A DNA stretch of 63,994 nucleotides, filler included, from Octopus bimaculoides (lineage: Eukaryota): assembly GCF_001194135.2 (NCBI RefSeq). It is 6 parts of 6 records of this genome, joined end to end, with 100 filler letters (N's around TTAATTAATTAA, not from the genome) between each part and the next. Parts side by side here need not be neighbours in the genome. Positions count along the whole stretch, not along the records: positions 34,484 to 52,583 come from NC_068990.1; 5 more parts are not named here. One strand, written 5' to 3'. Positions 37,161 through 48,755 of this stretch are shown piece after piece. The position numbers and the translations under genes are program-made. The notes below the pieces were generated by a model. That model did not search any database, was not told the DNA's origin, and worked only from the letters and a program-made list of their open reading frames with translations. How positions within the stretch are numbered: position 1 is the stretch's first letter; every line of letters begins with the position of its first letter.

Positions 37161-38359
37161 ACTGGTAATTGTTTCAGGTACAAATGTGAAGGGGCATGAC
37201 TGTTTCTCTAGCCTATTGTATCCATTAATTAACATGAACCACCAAAGGAATCTTTGACCCCTCAAGCACTGAAAACCCTTGTTATACCATTGAATTTAGT
37301 ACCTTACTGTTAACATTCCACCAATGTTAATATTGTCATAATTCAGTCTGGGCTTATCATCGTCACTACCATCATCATCATTGTCATGGTCATCCTCATC
37401 ATCATTTAACATCTGTTTTCCATGCTTGCATGAGTTGGATATTTGATAGGAGCTGGTAATTCTAGGAGCTGCACTAAGTTCCATAGTCTGTTTTGGCATG
37501 GTTTCTACAGCTGGATACTAGTAATATTACAGATTTAATTCTATACCTCATAGTCCTCTCCTATAAAAACATGACTTGCACTTCATCAAACTTAATCAGC
37601 ATTTTCAAATACCATTTAAAATTATCACATCAATTATATGTTCAGTTGAGTAACATGGTATTATTTAGAATATTTATGTTGTTATGGTTTCAGCCATTTT
37701 TATGTTTCCTGTGAAAATATATTTTAAAAAAAGGCAAATTTTAAGAGAAATAAATTATTTAGATTTTTCATTATGAATTACATTATTTTTCTATATTTTC
37801 TTTCTTGTATTTTGTTATTCAAATGATTTAATTACAAGTGTTCATCCCTTACCATCCTGACATTTATTTTATATTTTTACAGTTCCCCATTTTTTTTTTT
37901 AAATATTGTATTCTATTTTTGGTTAGATTGTACATAATAAAAGAAAAAGAATGAAAATAATTATTTAGCAATGAGAACTATATTTAAGTGCTGTAAACAG
38001 TTTTAGTTGGTTGTTTTCCCTTTCAAACGATTCAATACCAAAAAAAGTTGACATAAAAAATATTTAGAAAATTGAAGATGTGTAAATAGAACAAAAGATT
38101 TTTTTGTAATAGATTTTAATAAATTCACTTATTTTCTTTTAAATTCTCTTATTTTCTTATAAAAATGAACATTTAAATTACAATATGCTGTTGTCAGTTT
38201 GTATACATAATGCAATACCTATCCTAAACATTTAAGAAGTTTGTTAAAGCATTAGAATTAATTACTGATCTAATGTAAACAATCCTCTAATTTGAAACGT
38301 ATCAGAAAATAATGTTCTTTTGAATTCATGCTCTGATCATTAATTGAAAATATGTACAT

Positions 38360-39320
38360 TGTATATGTGTGTGTAGGTGTGTGTGTATGTATGTATATGT
38401 ACGTGCCTTTTTGTGTATATATATAATTGTGTATATGTCCTTATATGTGTGTGTATGTATGTATGTATGTGTATGTGTGCATGTATATGTGTATGTTTGC
38501 GAGTATGTATGCATATGTATGTGTATGTATATATGCACTTGTGTAAATGTGCTTATGCATGTATGTATATATATGCATGTATGCTTGCATGTATGTGTAT
38601 ATACGTCCTTGTGTATATGTGCTTATGTGTATATATATATATATGTATGCATGTTTGCGTTTTTCTATGTGTGTGTATGTGTGTGTGTGCATATATGTAC
38701 TTGTGTGTGTCCCTATGTGTGTGTATGTATGCATATGTGTGTGTGTGTATNNNNNNNNNNTATGTGTATGTTTGCGAGTATGTATGCATATGTATGTGTA
38801 TGTATATATGCACTTGTGTAAATGTGCTTATGCATGTATGTATATATATGCATGTATGCTTGCATGTATGTGTATATACGTCCTTGTGTATATGTGCTTA
38901 TGTGTATATATATATATATGTATGCATGTTTGCGTTTTTCTATGTGTGTGTATGTGTGTGTGTGCATATATGTACTTGTGTGTGTCCCTATGTGTGTGTA
39001 TGTATGCATATGTGTGTGTGTGTATGTATGCATATGTGTGTATGTATGTGTGTATGTATGCATATATGTGTGTTTGTATATATGTGTGTGTATGTATACT
39101 TATGTAAGTGTGTATGTGTGTATATATATGTACTTGTGTGTCTGTTTGTGTATCTGTGTGTATGTATATATGTATTCATGTTTTTATATATATATGCATA
39201 GGTATGTATACATATATGTATGTATATATATGTATGTGTGTATGTTTGTGTGTGTGCTTATATGTATACAAGCACACATGTTTTTATGTGTATGTATGTA
39301 TGTGTGTGTGCATATAAGCA
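38360..39320. repeat. Compound (TG)/(TA)/(TATG) microsatellite field
   Basis: Direct reading. Contains an assembly-overlap duplication across a 10-N gap. Confidence 0.9.
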
Positions 39321-39844
39321 AAAATATATTTTAGCAGCAAGCATTAAACCTACACAATTAGTTAATTTTTATTTTCATTCATTTATTGTAGTTGAGGTAA
39401 TTGGAATATGAAATAGTATAAAATGGATCTAATTTAAGGTACAATTCCATAATTCCCCATGACTGACAATGAAATGAATCTTTTCTTTTTTTTTTTTATT
39501 CTTTTAATGTCAACAAATGATAGAAGCATTCAAAACCAAAGCTGAAATTCTATGCTGGCTGATCAAACGCTTTTGCAAGGAAGCAAAGTTGTAGCTTTAT
39601 AAAAAAAAAAACAAAGGAAAAACAAAAAAACAAAAAAACAAAAAAAAAAAACATGATTAAGGATTATTTAATATTTGATCATTTTACAAATTTTCCCTTA
39701 AATTAATATTACGAATTCACTTAATTCCTTTTTAAAATCATTATGTGTTCAACAGCATTCATTGGCAATATTGATTTTATCTAACTGCCATCAGTCTGTG
39801 ATAGCAGCCATGGTATAACCATCCTCCTCCTCCTCCTCCTCCTC

Positions 39845-40060
39845 ATCATCATCATCATCATTGTTATTTAACGTTCATCTTCCATGGTGGTATGGATTGA
39901 GTTGTTCAACAAGATCGAGGACTGTGTCGTACTCCAATGTCTTCTTTCACATGTTTTTTTTCACTGCTGAATGCATTTCCTAATGCTGACCATTCTACAG
40001 AGTGTATTGGGTGGTGCTTTTCTCATGAGACCAGTGCTAGTAAGGCCACCTTGTAACTTG
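39845..40060 (-). mobile_element. Degenerate 3' UTR/tail of the RTE LINE family seen at 61966-62795. A shorter copy lies at about 37380-37480
   Basis: (CAT)n followed by TTTAACGT.C..TTTCCATG...GC..TTCCTAA.GC..ACCA, as in 52270-52583. Confidence 0.6.
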
Positions 40061-40325
40061 CTAGACTATGGGCCGAATGGCACCTGTAATTGAGAGAGAA
40101 TATAGAAGAGAGGATGTGATGGTCCTATGCAGAATGATGAGGGAGGTTTCACTATGATGAGTAGAACCGTTGTGAGAGGGCAGTAGTTGAGAAAATAAGA
40201 GTTGATGAAGAGATGGGAGTCATAGAAAGAGGAGTAATAAATATGTAAGGGTGTTGAGTGTGCAAGATGAGACGGGTAGGGCAGTAATGTAAACTTAGCA
40301 GAACTTCGCAGTTTTTTTTTTCTCA

Positions 40326-40505
40326 TTTTTACTTGTTTCAGTCAGTAGACTGCAGCCATGCGTGGACTCCACCGTGAAGAATTTTAGTCCAGCTTACCAA
40401 CCTCAGTGCTTGTTATTTTGTTGTAAAGCCTGGTACTTATTCTATCAGTCTCTTTTGCCAAACCTCTAAGTTACAGGGATGTAAACACACCAACACTGGT
40501 TGTCA
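40326..40505 (-). mobile_element. SINE family B, 3' half, intronic
   Basis: TTTTACTTGTTTCAGTCAGTAGACTGCAGCCATG...GTAAACACACCAACACTGGTTGTCA. Confidence 0.75.
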
Positions 40506-40732
40506 GGCAAGGATTGAGGTGTAGGAAGAAAGTTAACTTCAAGCAATCTGTAGTAAATATGAAAAGCAGCTTTCAAGAACAATAGTGGTTTATTGCGGCA
40601 AAAGGTTGTGGATTTTTTTGTATCAAAGTACAACAAGCTGAAAAAAATTCTTCCTATATTTCATGGTAGGCAACTTGGGTTGCTGGGTATGCAAATAAGA
40701 ATGCAAGAGTTAAGGAATGGAGTAGATAAGAT

Positions 40733-40822
40733 CTAGGCTACATATGTTTCATAGTGAGTGGAACCTCAGAAGTGGTAAATATCCAAGTGAGGTGTATATG
40801 GCAGGCTACTCATCAGACCAAG
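40733..40822 (-). ncRNA. Minimal type-I hammerhead ribozyme motif, probably decayed, of the Penelope/retrozyme type
   Basis: The - strand reads CTTGGT-CTGATGA-GTAG...CTAT-GAAAC-ATAT-GTA-GCCTAG: CUGAUGA core (40816-40810), GAAA (40750-40747), a 2-bp stem III with a palindromic AUAU loop, a GUA cleavage triplet, stem I CTTGGT/GCCTAG, and an extended stem II containing ACCTCA/TGAGGT. Confidence 0.6.
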
Positions 40823-41498
40823 GGTATTTTGATTGACTGAAACTTTACATTGTCACAAGGAGGTACATGTTAACAAATGGGAGATTTGATTAGAATGTGT
40901 AGAGAGCATGNNNNNNNNNNNNNNNNNNNNNNNNNNNNNNNNNNNNNNNNNNNNNNNNNNNNNNNNNNNNNNNNNNNNNNNNNNNNNNNNNNNNNNNNNN
41001 NNNNNNNNNNNNNNNNNNNNNNNNNNNNNNNNNNNNNNNNNNNNNNNNNNNNNNNNNNNNNNNNNNNNNNNNNNNNNNNNNNNNNNNNNNNNNNNNNNNN
41101 NNNNNNNNNNNNNNNNNNNNNNNNNNNNNNNNNNNNNNNNNNNNNNNNNNNNNNNNNNNNNNNNNNNNNNNNNNNNNNNNNNNNNNNNNNNNNNNNNNNN
41201 NNNNNNNNNNNNNNNNNNNNNNNNNNNNNNNNNNNNNNNNNNNNNNNNNNNNNNNNNNNNNNNNNNNNNNNNNNNNNNNNNNNNNNNNNNNNNNNNNNNN
41301 NNNNNNNNNNNNNNNNNNNNNNNNNNNNNNNNNNNNNNNNNNNNNNNNNNNNNNNNNNNNNNNNNNNNNNNNNNNNNNNNNNNNNNNNNNNNNNNNNNNN
41401 NNNNNNNNNNNNNNNNNNNNNNNNNNNNNNNNNNNNNNNNNNNNNNNNNNNNNNNNNNNNNNNNNNNNNNNNNNNNNATATATATATATATATATACG

Positions 41499-41857
41499 TG
41501 CAAGCATGGCTGTATGGTAAGAAGCTTGCTTCCCATCCATATCGTTCCAGGTTCAGTCTCACTGCATGGCACCTTGGGCAAGTGTCTTCTACTATAGTCT
41601 CGGGCCGAACAAATCCCTGTGAGTGGATTTGGTTAATGGAAACTAAAACAAGCCCATCATATATATATGTGTGTGTGTATGGTATGTCCCCTGCACCATC
41701 GCTTGACAACTGGTGTTGGTGTGTTTACGTCTCTGTAACCTAGCGGTTTGACAAAAAAGACTGATAGAATAAGTACTAGGCTTACAATGAATAAGTATTG
41801 GGTCAATTTGTTCGACTAAAGGCATGGCTACAGCCGAATTACTGAAACAAGTAAAAG
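41499..41857 (+). mobile_element. Near full-length SINE family B, intronic
   Basis: Head GCATGGCTGTATGGTAAGAAGCTTGC, short internal TA/TG tract, tail ACTGAAACAAGTAAAAGAATA. Confidence 0.85.
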
Positions 41858-41867
41858 AATATACACA

Positions 41868-42033
41868 CAATGGGCTTCTTTCGGTTTCCATCTACCAAAT
41901 CCATTCACAGAGCTTTTGTTGACTCGAAGCAATAGTAGAAGACATTTGCCCTAAGTACTATGCAGTGGGACTGAACCTGAAACCATGTGGCTGGGAAGCA
42001 AGCTTCTTACCACACAGCCACACCTGCACCTAT
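41868..42033 (-). mobile_element. SINE family B head, inverted relative to 41499-41857
   Basis: GGGCTTCTTTCGGTTTCCATCTACCAAATCC...CACACCTGCACCTAT. Confidence 0.85.
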
Positions 42034-42765
42034 TAGATATTATTTTATGAAACCTTTAAGTACAATAGTGCTCTGCTTCCATTAGCTGATTATTACTAGA
42101 TACTACATCACAATTTTTGAGATATAACTATTTACAAAAATGATAATCACTCTGATTATTTAATTTAACTTCAGTAGAATAGTATATACTCTCATTTTTT
42201 ATATCTAAATTATCAATAAAGCTTACCTTGATTATTTCTCTTTTGATAGCATATTTGCAAGAAGAAATAATGTATATTTGTTTCTAAAAGTGAAAATAAT
42301 AAATTTTAACTATTGCTAATATTAAAATCTGACTAAATATAGCTCATTAAAATCTGACTAAATATAGATTATATTTTGTTTGAGTACATCCAACTGTTAT
42401 TAGCATTGAATTTTAAAGCAAAGAATCAAAATTGATCATAGGAAATTTACATAAAAATGTCCAACTCTTTGGTAAACTGAATTAATGTGTTTTATCAGTT
42501 TTTATTAAAAATTTATCTTCTGAAAATATAAATCTTTCTGAACTCCTAGTATATTTTCTTATCATACTTCATCAAGGAATAAATTAAAAGAACTTGAGTA
42601 AATTATTAGTAGGATATTTTCTAAATGTTATCTAGGCATCCACGAAAAAGTTTTTTAAATCATATATCTTTAATCTGGTAACTTTTAAGCTTCTTAATGT
42701 TTTTAAATTTGATTTAATGCTATTTACTTTAATCCTTTAATCATGGTGCTTCATATTTATTTCAG

Positions 42766-42864
42766 AATGTGAAGAAACAGTGCATTTAATGAAAGAATCA
42801 GATGAAGAATTTGGTTTACACATTTTGGATAGTCATCCTACTATTGTCACATTAGTAGATCCAG
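42766..42864 (+). CDS. Exon of a PDZ-PH protein (PDZPH1-like): N-terminal half of the PDZ domain, ECEETVHLMKESDEEFGLHILDSHPTIVTLVDP
   Basis: Acceptor TATTTATTTCAG, donor CCAG|GTAAAA, 99 nt, phase 1-1. Contains the carboxylate-binding-loop motif FGLHI. Confidence 0.9.
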
Positions 42865-43374
42865 GTAAAATAAAATTGAATATATGAATAAAAATAAAAT
42901 AAATGAAAACAATTTCAAGTAAAGATAGAAATAGTATAAATAAAAAAAAAAGCTTAATTCAATGAAGTATTAATATATATCCACCATTACGATGTATTAC
43001 TGAATTTCTCTGGTGTTTTTAAAACATCAAGTACGATTAAATTTATGGTTACAGCCATTATTATTATTCAAATCTGTGCTTTTTTGTGGCCTGTCCACTA
43101 CTCATCTGTACAGAACTCCACATTTTATTCAAAAATATTTCTACTACATTTGCTTGTAATGATTACACATCAAATTTAATAATAGAAACATTCAATAAAT
43201 CTTGACCAGTTTCATGAACAATCTTTGAAAAAGTCATTTTCAATGAAGCGAATACTAATACTACTTCAAGGCCAAAATAATCCTAAATAAATAGCAAATA
43301 TTTCTTTTTCAAGAGTTTACAATAAAGTATTACCATGGAATCCTGGAATACAGATTTTAGTTTATCTTAATATT

Positions 43375-43590
43375 AAGGTGGGTGAGCTGGCAGAATCAAT
43401 AGCATGTTGAGTGAAATGCTCAGCTGTATTTTGTCTGTCTTTATGTTCTGAGTTCAAATTCTGCCAGGGTCAACTTTGCCAGTCATCTTTTCGGAGTTGA
43501 TGAAATAAATACTAGTTGAACACTGGAGTTGATGTAATTGATTTACTCCTTCCATGCTATTGCTGGCCTTGTGCCAAAATTTGAAATCAG
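43375..43590 (+). mobile_element. SINE family A, CpG-decayed, intronic
   Basis: GGTGGGTGAGCTGGCAGAATCAATAGCATGTTGAGTGAAATGCTCAGC; consensus CpGs read as TG/CA. Confidence 0.85.
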
Positions 43591-43877
43591 TATCAAAATT
43601 AAACTTCTTTCAGCTGTATCTTTTTTTCATTTCTTATACTCAATGTTCTCCTACTTTAAATTAATAATTTCCCTTCACAATATTTAGTTAGAGTCTGCAG
43701 TAAAGGATGTCATTCAATCTATCCTTATACTTATTTTGTTTCTGGAATGTTTTCCTGACTTATTTTGATCCCAGTAATCTCACTCACTTCAAAATAACTA
43801 TTATTTGTATTAATTCTTCCTTTTTAACATATTCTTAAAAAAAAAAAAAGACACATTGTATGGAATATTATAGGATT

Positions 43878-44575
43878 ATAGGTGCAGGCATGATTGTCTG
43901 GTAAGAAGTTTGCTTCCCAACCACATGGTTCTGGGTTCAGTCCCACTGTGTGGAACCTTGTGCAAATGTTTTCTACTATAGCCTCAGGCTGACCAAAGCC
44001 TTGTGAGCAGATTTGATCCAAGGAAGCCCATTATGTGTGTGAGTGTGTGTATATATGCATTTGTGTGTGTGTCTTTGTGTATGTATTTGTCCTCCCACCA
44101 TAGCTTAACCGATGTTGGTTTATTTACATCCCTGTGACTGATAGAATTATTACCAGGCTTAGAAAAAATCAAAAAATATATAATTGTTGGGGTCAATTTG
44201 TTCAACTAAACCAGTGGTTCCCAGTGTGGGCAATACTGCCACTCTTGGGTGTGGAAGAAAGATCCAGGGGTGGGGTGTTGAAGAAAAATGGGGTGATAAT
44301 GGGGTGGCCAAAAGTGGGACAATGGATGTAAAAACAACAAAATAAAGGGTTAATTAAGTTTAATTTTATTTATGAAATACAGTTGTTTTGAATTCGCTGC
44401 AGAAAATGGCCTATGTTTCCGGTGGTGGTGAGTGGTGGAGGAAGGGAGTGGGCTAGGAATGCAACCTGGGTGCCAAGTGGTAGCCGAAAAAAGTTTGGGA
44501 ACCACTGAACTAAACCCTTCAAGGTGGTGGCCCAGCATGGCTGCAGTCTAATGACTGAAATAAGTGAGAGACAAA
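43878..44575 (+). mobile_element. Full-length SINE family B interrupted by a hAT MITE
   Basis: Head ATAGGTGCAGGCATGATTGTCTGGTAAG; the tail resumes after 44505 with CCAGCATGGCTGCAGTCTAATGACTGAAATAAG. Confidence 0.85.
44212..44497. mobile_element. hAT-superfamily MITE (286 bp)
   Basis: TIRs CAGTGGTTCCCA / TGGGAACCACTG with the exact 8-bp TSD AACTAAAC (44204-44211, 44498-44505). Confidence 0.9.
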
Positions 44576-44660
44576 AGATATTTAATAAGCTGTTTGGCCA
44601 TTCAGATGTTTTAGACATTTGGCATATTTTAGGCAGACTATGTAAGAGACTATTTTTTAT

Positions 44661-44856
44661 TCTTTTACTTGTTTCAGTCATTTGACTGTGGCCATGCTGG
44701 AGGGTTTTAGTTGAACAAATTGACCCCAAGACATTTTTTAAAGCCTAGTACTTATTCTATCAGTCTTGTTTGCTGAACTCCTAAGTTACAGGGACATAAA
44801 CACACCAACACCAGTTGTCAAACAGTGGCGATGGGGGCAAAGGGACACACACACAT

Positions 44857-44938
<82 letters not shown>

Positions 44939-45104
44939 GACAGGCTTCTTTCAGTTTTCATCTACCAAATCCATTCACAAGGCTTTGGTCAGCCTAAGGG
45001 TATAGTAAAAGACACTTGCCCAAAGTGCCGTGCAGTGGGACTGAATCCAGAACCGTGTGGCTGGGAAGTAAACTTCTTACCACACAACCACACATGCATC
45101 TGAT
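44661..45104 (-). mobile_element. Full-length SINE family B with an internal (CA)n, ending about 55 nt upstream of the 45159 exon
   Basis: Tail TCTTTTACTTGTTTCAGTCATTTGACTG, internal (CA)n at about 44845-44935, head ...CTTCTTACCACACAACCAC. Confidence 0.9.
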
Positions 45105-45158
45105 TTTTTTTTATTATTATTATTTATCAAGAACTAATTACATATATTTCTTTATTAG

Positions 45159-45269
45159 GGAGCCCTGCTGAAAAGTCTGGGATTAGAACTGGTCACATTC
45201 TAGTATCTATTAATAATGTCAGTGTTCTGGAATCATCACTTGAAGAAATTATAAAACTTATTCAACAAT
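45159..45269 (+). CDS. Exon of the PDZ-PH protein: C-terminal half of the PDZ domain, GSPAEKSGIRTGHILVSINNVSVLESSLEEIIKLIQQ
   Basis: Acceptor ATTTCTTTATTAG, donor CAAT|GTGAGT, 111 nt, phase 1-1. Classic PDZ pattern GSPA..G...G..I..IN..V.....E...LI. Confidence 0.93.
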
Positions 45270-46162
45270 GTGAGTATTATTTTACCAATTGTATTTTCAC
45301 TATAATGACAATTTGTATAATGAAACATTTCTATATTATGAATTTATGAGGTAGAGAGATTTCTTTCTTTTGTGTGTGTGCATGTGTGTGTGTGTGTGTG
45401 TGTGTGTTTAGTGTAAATGCAATAGACAATATAAAAGGATATGGAAGGGACAGGATATAACAAATACCATGTCTGCCTTTTATTATGTGGCCAAGAGGGT
45501 TGAGTTGAGTGAGATGTGTAGGAAGGTTTGAGTAGGATGCATGAAAGTAGCATGGGAAAAGGGGTGGTGGAGAGAAATAGAGGGAGTAGTGTATAATGAT
45601 GAAGTGTGTGGGAAGAAAAAATTAAGGTAGAAGAGTTGAGGTGAAGAATTCAAAAGTATATAAGTTTGGAGAAAGAAAAGGAGTTCCTGTTCTCTCTAAA
45701 GGCAAGTGGTAGGGGATCTAGGGTGTGGGGTAGCTGTGCCAGAGACCAAGAGGCGTTGGGTGGAATGGTTAGCAGAACAGAAATGCTGAGACACAGATGA
45801 CCCATTCCCAAGTCAAATGTTTGTGAGCTGCTGCGTACACACACACATATATAACCACAAAGAGAAGAGTAGATATCCCAGTATCAATTGATTTTACTTT
45901 CTGTGCCAGATGGCACTTGAAGATCATCAGCTAGGCTTACTGCATAACCTATTTTTAAAATATATTTACCATTCTATGCATGTCTGTTCAGCTGAAGGCC
46001 CCACGACTTCATAATGAACAATAGTGAGCATGCATAAATTTAAATAAGTTATTATCTTTCTAGCAAACAGGTGCATATTGTACCCTGACTTTTAATAATA
46101 TATATTTTGCCTATTTTGATTATGTTTGCTGGCCATTTTATCATTATTTTCTTAAAGATATA

Positions 46163-46258
46163 GGCGTAGGAGTGGGTGTGTGGTAAGTAACTTGCTTACG
46201 AACAACATGGTTCCAGGTTCAGTCCCACATTTATGTGTTTGAAATACATACATATACA

Positions 46259-46290
<32 letters not shown>
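46163..46290 (+). mobile_element. SINE family B head, truncated, running into (TA)n
   Basis: ATAGGCGTAGGAGTGGGTGTGTGGTAAGTAACTTGC...GGTTCAGTCCCAC. Confidence 0.8.
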
Positions 46291-46292
<2 letters not shown>

Positions 46293-48251
46293 TTTGTTGC
46301 AGATTGAATCTGGGGAATATTTAAATTTCTTACAATATTTGGTGTAAAGAAATAGAGTATCGATGCTAAAATCAGTTGTGTGTTTGACAAAATATCCTGT
46401 GGGATTTATTTTTTTTCTGAGTTCAAACCTTTTGTGGCCTCCTTTGCCTTTCATCTTTCTCAGTTCAATACTGAAATTGATGTAATCAGCTGTCTCAGAT
46501 GACAATGATCCAGCCTGGTCACAGTCCTGTACTTGAGACCTGTAAAAGACTAAGAATTGTTAAAATAACATGATATTCAAACTAGCTTGCACACATAAAC
46601 TAAGCAGCATTTTTATGTAACTACAAACTATAGTTTCTTGACAAAATATCAAGATTAAATGTCCATGTAAATGAAACTGATGTTTCAGTACCTTCAGAGT
46701 TTTGTGAAAAACTTTGGGTATGCTCCCCAGATACCTTTTTCTACACTAAGAATATATTCATGTTTCAGATATCTAAATATTTTCTGGATTATACAAAATA
46801 TAAATTGCTAACAATTGTATTAGCTATAGTTTAAATTTAGATCTTAGAGTTTAAATGAGGTGCATTTCATTATGTTATAATATTCCAAATCAATTTATAA
46901 GTATGCTATAAAAAGCAGTAAACTAAGACGGTGCTTGTTTAGTAAATGAAGAATTAAGTGAACTAATGTAATTATGAGGCTCTTATCAACATATAGAACT
47001 GCTGTCTAAAAGAAGATTCCAGTCTTATAAAACAGCTGAAATTATTTCAATGTTGTCTCTCTAATGAAGGGCTTCATCTGAAATATTTAGTTACTAATTT
47101 GTCTCCTGGCACAGCAATATGTACTTCTCTTCTTTAAATTTTCTAATTGAAATAATTAATTTTTTTAAGGTTTTGCATCAATTATCTAATTGTAGCATAT
47201 GTTATAATGTATAAATTTGAATATTTAAAGAATTGTGGAAACACATTCTAAAGCTTCAGTGGTTTTGTAGCTGTTAATCACTCGTGCATTTAAAGTGCTA
47301 AGTATTATTATCCACAGACAGGTTTGGGGCATAAATTCCAAATTCTGAAACTCAGTCTCAAAATATGACTTATTGGTTGCCACTTCACTTCTTTCCATTA
47401 ACCCTTTAGCATTCAGATTTCTCTGTCAGATGTAATGCTTATTTATTCACATTGTTTTGAATTAATCATGCATTATCTCATAGCTTTGAGGTTTTGATGA
47501 TGTGTTTGTTTATTTTTAGAATGATATTGTAGAGCAGATATAATAGACATGATCTAGCCTGTTTGAACATAGAACAGATAGAATATTTTGGCCTGATATG
47601 GCTGGTTTAAATGCTAAGGGTTTAAGTAAACTATTGTATTGAACAACTCATCTAGGAACATATCACTTATTGTCTGCTGACAAGTTAAAAATATTGACTC
47701 TTGATTTTTGTCTAAATATTCCCAACACCTTTTTATGTGTTCCTTCTCAATGAAGATCAACAGCAATTTATAATAGAAATCAACAGTGCAGTAGCTTCTA
47801 AGTTTAAGAAATGTTATACTTGCAAACCAAATTCAAAAACGAAGTATACATATGTATAATGTTGTCAGAAAATGCTATGTAAATGTGGCTGTTAGGGTCA
47901 TATGACTATATTCTTGCTTCTAAAAGAAGTAATATGATCATAGAATCATAGAGCTGTGTTGCTTCTTATGTACACATCAATCTATTAACTACTTGTTATC
48001 TATCAAAATGATGGAAATAATATAAGAATAAATTTGTTGCTTTTAAGTATCTTTTCTAAGAAGAAAAATTAAGTGGTCTGATATAAGTTACAACTTTGGT
48101 GTACTTCAATATTGACCTTGTGTAATATATCATTGTAAAAATTTGGAAGAATTTCGTCTTATACAGCCTTAGTATCTAGAAATGTAACTGAATAAATAAA
48201 TTACAACTTAATGGAAAACTATATTATTTCATTTTCCTTCATGTTCTACAG

Positions 48252-48445
48252 CTGAGGACAAAGTATCTATCACAGTTGGCCTAAGTAATGTGTGCTACAG
48301 CAGAGATCTTGAAGCTCCACTAATGACTGGATATATGCTCAAACTAGGAAACAGTCATTTACCACTTCTCAAAAGGGCGTCATGGAGAAAGCGATGGTTT
48401 GTGTTACGAAAGGACAACTGCTTGTATTATTACAAATCAGAAAAG
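48252..48445 (+). CDS. Exon of the PDZ-PH protein: last PDZ strand, linker and PH beta1-beta3 (EDKVSITVG...LMTGYMLKLG...WRKRWFVLRKDNCLYYYKSEK)
   Basis: Acceptor TTCATGTTCTACAG, donor AAG|GTTCGT, 194 nt, phase 1-0. GY..K.G / W.KRWFVL / LYYYK is the PH signature. Confidence 0.93.
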
Positions 48446-48539
48446 GTTCGTCACTTTTAAATTTGGAGTAAAACTGTAATGGCTTGTTAATAATTTAATC
48501 TATTGTATAATTTTCTTTCCAGTATGTTAAATTTGTTTT

Positions 48540-48755
48540 AAGGCAGCAAGCTGACAGAATTGTTAGTGTACTGGGAAAAATGCTTAGCAGCATTTTGTTC
48601 ATCTTTACATTCTGAGTTCAAATTCTGCCAAAGTAAACTTCACGTTTCATCCTTTCATGATCAATAAAATGAGTACCAGTTGAGCACTGAAGGTTGATGC
48701 AACTGACTTACTCTCTCCCACCAAAATTGCTAGCCTTGTGCCAAAATTTGAAACT
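48540..48755 (+). mobile_element. SINE family A, CpG-decayed, intronic
   Basis: AAGGCAGCAAGCTGACAGAATTGTTAGTGTACTGGGAAAAATGCTTAGCAGC...TTGTGCCAAAATTTGAAAC. Confidence 0.85.

Noticed and set aside
38480-39030. About 280-bp tandem duplication in the TG/TA field
   Set aside because: The copies are essentially identical and separated by a 10-N gap, so this is most likely an assembly overlap.
45420-45840. Purine-rich stretch resembling an old CR1/L2 remnant (also 40070-40320)
   Set aside because: No diagnostic motif could be read, so it was left unannotated.
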